Source: Candidatus Poribacteria bacterium (GTDB taxonomy: Bacteria > Poribacteria > WGA-4E > UBA9662). From it: 31,503 bases of DNA. Position 1 is the first letter of the stretch. Each line of letters begins with the position of its first letter. The stretch lies in assembly GCA_046582655.1 (NCBI GenBank), contig JAYGDX010000020.1, forward strand, positions 1 to 31,503, written 5' to 3'. Below, piece after piece: positions 1 through 7,950 of this stretch. The notes under the pieces were generated by a model. It had not been told where the DNA came from and did no database searches. It saw nothing but the letters and a program-made list of their open reading frames with translations. Both the position numbers and the translations under genes were made by a program.

Positions 1-3
1 GAG

Positions 4-1356
4 ATGGGACAACTGGATCGATCTGTTCAGTCCTATCAACAAGCACTGAAGATCAATCCCCAGTATGCTGAAGCATACAATAATTTAGGCAATGTGCTGA
101 AAGAAATGGAGCGGTTGGATGAGTCTCTTCAAGCTTATCAGGAGGCATTGGAGATCAATCCCCAATACGTTGAAGTATATAATAATTTGGGCAATGTGCT
201 AAAAGAAATGGAGCGGTTGAACGAATCCATTCAAGTCTATCAGAAAGCATTGGAGATCAATCCCCAATATGCACCAGCCTACTCAAATCTCGGTAATACC
301 CTCGAGGCAAAAGGTGAACTGGACCAGTCCATTCAAGTCTATCAGAAAGCATTGGAGATCAATCCCCAATACGCTGAAGCACACAAAAATCTTTCGTTAT
401 CCCTCTTAAAACTGGGAAACTTCAAGCAAGGTTGGGAAGAGTATCAATGGCGGTGGAAATGTGATAAATTCGCTGCAGAAAATAGGAGGGATTTTCCGCA
501 GCCGATGTGGGATGGTAGTTCACTAGATGGTAAATCGATTATCATTTGGCAGGAACAAGGCACAGGTGATCATATTATGTTTGCATCTTTACTCGTTAAA
601 TTACAAGAACAAGCTCAAAGAATATTTGTCGAAACTGAACACCGTCTACTTCCTATCTTAGAGCGCTCTTTTCCTACCATTCATTTCCGTACAGTCCACA
701 TTCCACCAGATCCCCAGCTCCTTGACATAACTATCGATTTCCAGTCCCCAATTGCCAGTCTTCCCCAATGGTTTTTAACAAATGAGGAGGATTTCCCCAA
801 ACGTCAGGCTTATCTTAAAGCCAGTGATCACATGAAACAAAGGCTCAGACATAAATACCAACAACTAGCCGAAGGAAAAACACTAATCGGCATCTCCTGG
901 AAAAGTGTAAATAAAAATATTGGCAAACAAAAAAGCGCACCTCTTAAGCAGTGGGAAACGCTGTTATCCTCAAAGGATTGCTTTTTTATTAACCTTCAAT
1001 ACGAATACGGCGATTTTGACCATGAATTTGATCAGTTTGCCAACGCTACTGGTATATCAATTTATTGCGATAAGGAGATAAATCCACTTGAGAATCTTGA
1101 TGATTTTGCCGCCCAGGTTGCTGCTCTTGATCTCGTAATCACCATCTCGAATACGACAGCACATGTGGCTGGAGCACTAGGTAAATCGGTCTGGACGCTA
1201 TTGCACTATGGTGCTGACTGGAGATGGCTAACTGATCGCTCTGACACTCCGTGGTATCCTTCTATGACGCTTTTTCGACAGAAAGATCAAGGTGATTGGG
1301 GCAGCGTCTTTCAACAAATTCACACCACCTTGAAAGGATATAAACCAGCTGGCTAG
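4..1356 (+). CDS. TPR-repeat protein with C-terminal glycosyltransferase-like (GT-B/GT9-like) domain; probably 5'-truncated by the window edge
   Basis: 34-aa TPR repeats (ALEINPQYAEAYNNLGNVL), then W-EQG-GD-IMF, GISW, LDLVITISNTTAHVAGALG and DWRW..R.DTPWYPSM motifs typical of TPR/GT9-like proteins; the frame is open from base 1. Confidence 0.85.
   Translation: MGQLDRSVQSYQQALKINPQYAEAYNNLGNVLKEMERLDESLQAYQEALEINPQYVEVYNNLGNVLKEMERLNESIQVYQKALEINPQYAPAYSNLGNTLEAKGELDQSIQVYQKALEINPQYAEAHKNLSLSLLKLGNFKQGWEEYQWRWKCDKFAAENRRDFPQPMWDGSSLDGKSIIIWQEQGTGDHIMFASLLVKLQEQAQRIFVETEHRLLPILERSFPTIHFRTVHIPPDPQLLDITIDFQSPIASLPQWFLTNEEDFPKRQAYLKASDHMKQRLRHKYQQLAEGKTLIGISWKSVNKNIGKQKSAPLKQWETLLSSKDCFFINLQYEYGDFDHEFDQFANATGISIYCDKEINPLENLDDFAAQVAALDLVITISNTTAHVAGALGKSVWTLLHYGADWRWLTDRSDTPWYPSMTLFRQKDQGDWGSVFQQIHTTLKGYKPAG
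43..400 (+). repeat. 102-bp tandem repeat encoding the TPR units
   Basis: gcattggagatcaatccccaata at 145, 247 and 349, and variant gcactgaagatcaatccccagta at 43; period exactly 102 bp. Confidence 0.9.
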
Positions 1357-1531
1357 TGTTGGATTCGAGTGGTTCATATTAAGCTTTTTTGGGTAGGTTG
1401 TTCAATCGAATTATGCTTTGACACTATAACATCTGCCCCTTCATGAATTTTTCAATTGAATGGCGAAATGAAAATATTATCTTGTTACTTTAACTTCGGT
1501 TGTTTAAATAACCCGTGAATTCAACAGAAGA

Positions 1532-3529
1532 ATGAGAAAATCTTTTTCCAAGGTTAAAATAGGTGTTGATACAGGTGGAACATTCACTGACATAGTAATG
1601 AGTGTTGACAACAAAATATTCACCCATAAAATCCTCTCAACTCCCCAAGATCCCGCACTCGCTGTATTACAAGGCATCCATCAAATTTTAGAGATGAATG
1701 GTGTTAACAGACATCAGGATATTGAAATTATTCATGGATCTACCATTGCTACCAACACGCTAATCGAACGCAGTGGTGCTAAGGTCCTTTTGATTACTAC
1801 GAAGAATTTTGAAGACATATTGGAGATAGGAAGGCAAGCTAGGTCGGATTTATACGATTTTAATGTAACGCAACCTATTCCTCTGGTACCTCGTGAGCAA
1901 CGATTTGGTGTATGTGAGAGGGTTTTACACAATGGCAGTATTCAGACCCCAATCGATATAAATCGACTTGACCAAATCATCAATCAAGCTGACATGAACC
2001 AGATTTCATCCATCGCAGTGTGCTTTCTCTTTTCATATGCTAATCCGAAACATGAACAAATTGTAGAGGGAAAAGCAGTTGATTTGAATATCCCAATATC
2101 AGCATCTCATAAAATTTTGCCGGAATATAGAGAATTTGAAAGATTCAGCACAACTGTTGCCAATGCCTACATCCAACCAAAAGTTAACAGCTACATTTCA
2201 AGACTAAGAACAGAACTTCCATCTTCAATTCGTATCATGCAATCAAACGGAGGAAGTATTTCAGCTCAAACGGCATGTGATCAGCCAATTCGCACCGTAC
2301 TTTCTGGCCCAGCAGGAGGAGTTATTGGAGCCTTAAAAGTTGCACAAATGGCGGGCTTCAACCGAGTTATTACCTTTGACATGGGAGGAACATCAACCGA
2401 TGTTAGTCTCTGCGATACTCAGATATCTATGACAACTGAAAGCAACATCAGCGGTATACCGATTAAAGTTCCAATGATTGACATCCAGACGGTAGGTTCA
2501 GGAGGTGGATCAATCGCCGAAATTGATTCAGGTGGAGCCCTCAAGGTTGGACCTCGAAGCGCGGGGGCTGACCCTGGCCCAATTTGTTATGGAAGAGGTA
2601 AAGAAGTTACGGTAACCGATGCAAACTTGTACTTAGGGAGAATTGATCCGAACCATTTTCTTGGCGGTCATATGCCGCTTAACCCTGAGCTCGTAAACGA
2701 GGCAATCACCAATTTTGCTAATCAAGTTGGACTCACTCCTGTCCAAGCGGCCGAAGGAATTATAGATGTTGCAAACGCTAAAATGGAGCGGACAATCCGA
2801 GTAATCTCTATAGAGAGAGGATTCGATCTACGCGATTTTGCGCTGGTATCTTTCGGTGGAGCGGGAGGCTTGCACACCTGTGACCTAGCACGGAATCTTG
2901 GTATTTCTACTATCGTTATTCCACCGAATTGCGGATTGCTATCAGCATACGGCATGATACTGTCAGACGTGGTTAAAGATTATTCGCAAACGGTTTTAAG
3001 AAAATCAATTGAAACAACCATTTTTTCTGAACTGAGCCATAATTTTTCCGCATTAATTAGCCAAGCAAACGATGATATGTTAGCCGAAGGTTTTGATTGT
3101 AACCAAGTCACCCTTCATCGAACAATAGATGTGCGTTATGTTGGGCAGTCACACGAATTGAACGTTGAATTTACTCCAAATTTTGCAGAGAGTTTTCATT
3201 GCATACATAATCAGCGTTTTGGTCATGCTAAACATGATACTGTTATAGAAATTGTTAACTTGCGAGTTCGCGCCGTTGGCAAAACAGAAGATTCAATGGA
3301 CACGATTCAAAACCTAGGATCAAACAGCCGCGAAAAATTTTATCATAAGAATGTAATCTTTAATGGTAAAAATTATCCAACTGATTTATATCATCGAGAA
3401 GATCTAAAAACAGGGAGTGAAATAAATGGACCCTCAATTATAGTTGAACTGAGTGCGACAACGGTGATTCCCCCAGACTTCTCGGCAGAAATTGATTCAG
3501 GTCAAAATATGATTGTGAAGCAAAAATGA
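1532..3529 (+). CDS. Hydantoinase/oxoprolinase family protein (N-methylhydantoinase A-like, ATP-dependent subunit)
   Basis: GVDTGGTFTD, HGSTIATN, SGPAGG, DMGGTSTD, GSGGGS, SAGADPGP and FGGAGGLH motifs. Confidence 0.92.
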   Translation: MRKSFSKVKIGVDTGGTFTDIVMSVDNKIFTHKILSTPQDPALAVLQGIHQILEMNGVNRHQDIEIIHGSTIATNTLIERSGAKVLLITTKNFEDILEIGRQARSDLYDFNVTQPIPLVPREQRFGVCERVLHNGSIQTPIDINRLDQIINQADMNQISSIAVCFLFSYANPKHEQIVEGKAVDLNIPISASHKILPEYREFERFSTTVANAYIQPKVNSYISRLRTELPSSIRIMQSNGGSISAQTACDQPIRTVLSGPAGGVIGALKVAQMAGFNRVITFDMGGTSTDVSLCDTQISMTTESNISGIPIKVPMIDIQTVGSGGGSIAEIDSGGALKVGPRSAGADPGPICYGRGKEVTVTDANLYLGRIDPNHFLGGHMPLNPELVNEAITNFANQVGLTPVQAAEGIIDVANAKMERTIRVISIERGFDLRDFALVSFGGAGGLHTCDLARNLGISTIVIPPNCGLLSAYGMILSDVVKDYSQTVLRKSIETTIFSELSHNFSALISQANDDMLAEGFDCNQVTLHRTIDVRYVGQSHELNVEFTPNFAESFHCIHNQRFGHAKHDTVIEIVNLRVRAVGKTEDSMDTIQNLGSNSREKFYHKNVIFNGKNYPTDLYHREDLKTGSEINGPSIIVELSATTVIPPDFSAEIDSGQNMIVKQK

Positions 3530-4110
3530 AAGAGAATCTAAAGTTTTTATCGGTTACCCTGCTTATCATTTTCACGTTTATCTCCTCGGCAGAATCCAAT
3601 ACACTGGAGGAACTGGATCAACAAATATTTGATGCGATTTATGACGAAAAGAACTCCGGATCAATAAGACACACTTTGATGAAGAATATTACGCATTTTG
3701 GCAATTCATCTGCCGTTATTGGATTGTCTCTTCTAACTGTGACTTATGGCAAAGAAAAGAATCGGCAAACTGGACGGTTGATGTCATCAGCATTTTTAGG
3801 ATCCAGCTTAATTGTTTATACGGCAAAAAGGCTGATTAATCGACGCCGCCCTCTTGATATACATGATACTGATACTCCTGCCTTACCATCAGGACATACA
3901 GCAAACGCTTTTGCTATGGCAACCATACTAGGAAACCGCCATCCAAAGTTGAGAATCCCTTTGTACATCGGCGCGGGGATGGTTGGTTTTTCCAGAATTT
4001 ATCTTGGACGACACTACGTTTCAGACGTGCTAATGGGAGCAACAGTTGGAACCGGAGTTGGATTACTCGTTTGGCAACATCAATTGACTTTGCTGAAGTG
4101 GGAATTCTGA
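3526..4110 (+). CDS. PAP2-family phosphatase
   Basis: K..INRRRP, PSGH and SRIYLGRHYVSD motifs; ATGA overlap with the upstream stop. Confidence 0.9.
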   Translation: MKENLKFLSVTLLIIFTFISSAESNTLEELDQQIFDAIYDEKNSGSIRHTLMKNITHFGNSSAVIGLSLLTVTYGKEKNRQTGRLMSSAFLGSSLIVYTAKRLINRRRPLDIHDTDTPALPSGHTANAFAMATILGNRHPKLRIPLYIGAGMVGFSRIYLGRHYVSDVLMGATVGTGVGLLVWQHQLTLLKWEF

Positions 4111-4144
4111 GGGAGAGAATCAATTATACTGAAAAAACCACGAC

Positions 4145-4972
4145 CTAAAAAGTAATTGATTTAAATGATTCGATTTGAGCCTTGATCGCGTGCTCAGTTG
4201 GTAGCCGTTCAGCACTTGAAGCCCCATAGAACCCGACAACACCTTCAGTATAATCAAGGATATATTGCGCATCGCTCGGTTCAGCAATAGGCCCCCCATG
4301 ACAAATGACCAGAATTTCTGGATTAACCGATTTGGCCGCATCATGGATCTCCTGCACTTTTTTGGCTGCATCTCCTAGTGTTAAGGCTGTTTTAGCCCCG
4401 ATTGTACCTTTTGTTGTTAATCCCATGTGAGCCACGAGGATATCCGCCCCCGCATCAGCCATCTGTTCTGCCTCTGATGCATTAAAGGCATATGGTGTTG
4501 TAAGCATACCGAGATTGTGCGCGGTTCGAATCATGGCAACTTCTGGGCCATATCCCATGTCTGTTTCCTCAAGATTTTGACGAAAAACCCCGTCAATTAG
4601 CCCAACCGTTGGGAAATTTTGCACACCGGAGAATCCTGTCAGATCAACTTTTTTTAAGAAGTTTTCCATAATTCGAAATGGATCCGTACCACAAACACCA
4701 GCTAAAACCGGAGTGTTTTTCACCACTGGAAGCACTTCGCTCGCCATTTCAATGACAATCCGATTGGCGTCGCCATACGGCATCATACCCGCTAGTGAAC
4801 CACGTCCTGCCATGCGGAAACGCCCAGAGTTATAAATCACGATTAGATCAATTCCACCTGCTTCCTCACACTTGGCTGATAAACCTGTGCCTGCACCCCC
4901 ACCGATGATTGGTTGTCCTGATTCAATATTCTCTCTGAGCCGATTAAGGATATCATTTCTTTCAAACTTCAC
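4145..4972 (-). CDS. Phosphoenolpyruvate hydrolase-like / TIM-barrel signal-transduction family protein (Tm-1 C-terminal-like)
   Basis: [48 protein letters not shown] and GASSAERLP motifs; start reassigned to GTG at 4972 downstream of a GGAGAGG RBS, which removes the overlap with the upstream gene. Confidence 0.88.
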   Translation of the reverse strand: MKFERNDILNRLRENIESGQPIIGGGAGTGLSAKCEEAGGIDLIVIYNSGRFRMAGRGSLAGMMPYGDANRIVIEMASEVLPVVKNTPVLAGVCGTDPFRIMENFLKKVDLTGFSGVQNFPTVGLIDGVFRQNLEETDMGYGPEVAMIRTAHNLGMLTTPYAFNASEAEQMADAGADILVAHMGLTTKGTIGAKTALTLGDAAKKVQEIHDAAKSVNPEILVICHGGPIAEPSDAQYILDYTEGVVGFYGASSAERLPTEHAIKAQIESFKSITF

Positions 4973-4992
4973 AGTTGCTTCCTCTCCATCAT

Positions 4993-5718
4993 TTACTCTT
5001 TCTGCCACATTTTTTCAAAATTATCCCGTGGAACAAAACCAAGGATTTTTCGTGCCTTATCAAACTCAAATTTTTGATGTGGAAGGTTAGCCGATGGGTA
5101 AAATATTTCAAACCGTGACGGTAGATCTGTCAACTTAACCTCTAAGCCAAGCCGAAACAGTTCTGCTGTATCACGCCAACTCAACTGGAACTCGTTGCTA
5201 TTACAGCCCTCTCTAGGATCGTCATAATCAACAAATATAGAAAACAGGTAGCACTGTACATACAAACTATGGTAATTTTCCGTAAATACTTTGCAAATTT
5301 CCTGACCCAACGACTTCGTAAGGGCGTAAACTTCAGTACTAGGACTTGGTGGGGAATCTGGATTCAATTCAAAATCCAAGTCAAAGATCATTTGCCCATT
5401 AGTGGCTGTCCACGGCCCAGTCTGAATTACACGCTGAATTTTATGATCCACCGCAGCACGCATGGTATTATAGGAACCTCGTGTACTAACATCAAAGGCT
5501 AGTTTTCGATCATGTCGCAGTACTGAACAGTTGATGACAGCATCCATGCCTCCTGTCGCTTCCATCACCTGATTTAGATCTGCCACATCAACAACCATAG
5601 TTTCATGTTCCGATTCAATCGGCATAACGTCGGTAATTCGAAGTTGATAAGACTTCTCTAGGACCTTGACAAGATGAGGCCCCATATAACCATTTGCTCC
5701 CAAAAGCAAAACCTTCAT
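4993..5718 (-). CDS. NAD-dependent epimerase/dehydratase family protein (extended SDR, uronate-dehydrogenase-like)
   Basis: N-terminal GANGYMG Rossmann motif and catalytic YALTK (YxxxK). Confidence 0.85.
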   Translation of the reverse strand: MKVLLLGANGYMGPHLVKVLEKSYQLRITDVMPIESEHETMVVDVADLNQVMEATGGMDAVINCSVLRHDRKLAFDVSTRGSYNTMRAAVDHKIQRVIQTGPWTATNGQMIFDLDFELNPDSPPSPSTEVYALTKSLGQEICKVFTENYHSLYVQCYLFSIFVDYDDPREGCNSNEFQLSWRDTAELFRLGLEVKLTDLPSRFEIFYPSANLPHQKFEFDKARKILGFVPRDNFEKMWQKE

Positions 5719-5814
5719 CCATTTACTTCCACGTTATTTCATCTATGACATGCTTAAACGACTTCACGACACACAAATTCACTATGCATCTTGACAGAAC
5801 AGAGCAATCTGTTG

Positions 5815-6810
5815 TTATACTGGGAATATAACTTGCTGATCTAAGAAAACCTTGCTAACCGATCTGTGCTGATGGATGCGAAGAATTGCTTCTGCTAGAA
5901 GTGGAGCAATCGATAGCACATTCACCTTACCATCCATTTGTTTTTCGGCTGGCACAGGAATTGTATTCGTTGTCACGATTTCTTGAATTGATGAACGATT
6001 GAGCCGCTGTGCTACATTACCTGTTAGGACTGGATGGGTAATGCTAATATAAGCAGGATTAGCGCCTGCGGCCACCAAGGAATCTGCATGCTTGTAAATG
6101 CTGCCACTGGCAATCAAATCATCAATGATAATAGGCGTTCGGCCCTGAACATCACCAACAATTTCCGCTTTTACTTCGACTTCAGTTCCACCAACGCCAG
6201 CACGCCGCTTATGCATCAGAGCCATCGGCAACTCAAGCAGATCAGCATAATTCTCCGCGAATTTGGCCCTACCTACATCAGGTGATATAATGACACCATT
6301 CTCAATATTCTTTTCCTTGAGGTAGGTAGCCAAGGTTGCCAGCGCTGTTAGGTGATCAAACGGAATGTCAAAGAATCCCTGAATCTGAGTAGCGTGTAAA
6401 TCTACCGAGATGATACGATCGGCACCAGCAGAAGCCAGCAGGTTAGCCACTAGCTTGGCGCTGATTGGTTCGCGACCAGTTGATTTATGATCTTGGCGCG
6501 CATACCCAAAATAAGGAATCACTGCTGTGATCTGGCGTGCGGATGCACGTTTCAGTGCGTCCATCACAATGAGCAGTTCCACCAAATTGTCGTTAACCGG
6601 TTCACACGTTGGTTGAACGATGTATATATCTGCTCCTCGGATACTTTCCTCGATTTGAACGTGAATTTCACTATCCGGAAAAGTTGTGATAGCAATTTTT
6701 CCAAGTTCAACACCCAAAATTGAACCAATCTCTTTTCCAAGCTCAGGATTAGCACGACCTGTAAACAGCCGTAAATCGCGACTTACGTTTTCCGCTCCTG
6801 TTGTTAACAC
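5815..6810 (-). CDS. prs: Ribose-phosphate pyrophosphokinase homologue with divergent substrate loop
   Basis: FPDSE, PYFGYARQD, DLHATQIQGFF, SPD and HKRR motifs; GTG start with AAGGAG RBS; PRT loop reads IIIDDLIASGSI. Confidence 0.88.
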   Translation of the reverse strand: MLTTGAENVSRDLRLFTGRANPELGKEIGSILGVELGKIAITTFPDSEIHVQIEESIRGADIYIVQPTCEPVNDNLVELLIVMDALKRASARQITAVIPYFGYARQDHKSTGREPISAKLVANLLASAGADRIISVDLHATQIQGFFDIPFDHLTALATLATYLKEKNIENGVIISPDVGRAKFAENYADLLELPMALMHKRRAGVGGTEVEVKAEIVGDVQGRTPIIIDDLIASGSIYKHADSLVAAGANPAYISITHPVLTGNVAQRLNRSSIQEIVTTNTIPVPAEKQMDGKVNVLSIAPLLAEAILRIHQHRSVSKVFLDQQVIFPV

Positions 6811-6865
6811 AATAGAAATCTCCTTTTGTAAGATCAGGTACTCTTCAAATCAAGAAAAGTGGAAA

Positions 6866-7885
6866 TTAACCCCACTGCAAAACGCCACCAGTTTGATACT
6901 CGGTAACGCGCGTTTCAAAGAAATTCTTCTCCTTTCTAAGATCCATGACCTCACTCATCCAAGGAAAAGGGTTATGGACATCATAAAGTTTTTCAAGCCG
7001 AATTCTTTCTAGACGCCGATCAGCAATGTACTCGATATATTGTTTTACACTTTCAGCATTTAATCCAAGAATTCCGTGAGGCAGGCAATCTTTAGCATAT
7101 TCATATTCATATTCAACCGATTTTTGAATGTTCTGGGAAATATTCGCTGTGAATTCATCCGTCCAAATCGATGGGTTTTCATCAACAATTGTATTAATGA
7201 GATCCGATCCAAATGCCAAGTGAACTGATTCATCACGCAAAATGAACTGAAATTGCTCTCCAACCCCGACCATCTTGTTACGCCGTAGGAATGATAACAT
7301 CATCACAAAACCAGCATAGAAGAAGATTCCTTCCATAATAACATAATAGCCAACAAGATCATTTACAAATTTTTGAATATTTTTCTCTCCGACAGTTGTG
7401 AAGTTGGGATCCATGACCGACTTGGTCATCTCAATAACAAACTGATCCTTCCGCCTAATACTTGGAATTCGCTCATACATATTATACACTTCGTCAGGAT
7501 CAATTCCTAAAGTGTCACAACAATATATAAATGTATCAGTGTGTACTGCCTCCTCATAGGCTTGACGAAGTAAATACTGACGGCATTCTGGATTAGTAAT
7601 GTGTTTGTAAATAGCAAGAACGATGTTGTTAGCTGTCAAGCTCTCTGCCGTTGAGAAGAATCCCATATTCCATAGAATTAATCTTCGTTCATCACTGCTT
7701 AACTCATCCCGGCTACGCCAGACTGCGATGTCTTGTTGCATATTTACTTCTTCAGGAACCCAGTTATTGGCAACCCCCTTCTTGTAATGTTCTCTAGCCC
7801 ACTTGTACTGCATTGGTAAGATTTTGTTAGGGTCTGTGGAAGAATTATTGATGATGGTTTTATGTAATGGGAAATCAATTTGCAT
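6866..7885 (-). CDS. nrdB: Ribonucleotide reductase beta subunit, class Ic (R2c, Mn/Fe) signature
   Basis: FFSTAES (Glu first ligand), EEAVHTDTF (Phe at the radical-Tyr site), MEGIFFY, RDESVH and KNFFETRVTEY; colinear with Chlamydia NrdB as recalled. Confidence 0.93.
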   Translation of the reverse strand: MQIDFPLHKTIINNSSTDPNKILPMQYKWAREHYKKGVANNWVPEEVNMQQDIAVWRSRDELSSDERRLILWNMGFFSTAESLTANNIVLAIYKHITNPECRQYLLRQAYEEAVHTDTFIYCCDTLGIDPDEVYNMYERIPSIRRKDQFVIEMTKSVMDPNFTTVGEKNIQKFVNDLVGYYVIMEGIFFYAGFVMMLSFLRRNKMVGVGEQFQFILRDESVHLAFGSDLINTIVDENPSIWTDEFTANISQNIQKSVEYEYEYAKDCLPHGILGLNAESVKQYIEYIADRRLERIRLEKLYDVHNPFPWMSEVMDLRKEKNFFETRVTEYQTGGVLQWG

Positions 7886-7950
7886 ACAAGCTCCAAGATA
7901 AAGCCTAGGCTAGAATTTAAACAATACAGGTCACGCACCAGATACACCAA

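Noticed and set aside
43..400. Periodic repeats as a CRISPR array
   Set aside because: In-frame 102-bp coding repeats with no unique spacers and no cas genes
4..1356. TPR-glycosyltransferase as an O-GlcNAc transferase partnering the GNAT/GH-like fusion
   Set aside because: C-terminal motifs are of the TPR/GT9-like type rather than GT41, and the genes are over 20 kb apart
5798..5813. aacaga-gcaa-tctgtt hairpin after prs as an intrinsic terminator
   Set aside because: Weak 6-bp AT-rich stem with no U-tract on the minus strand
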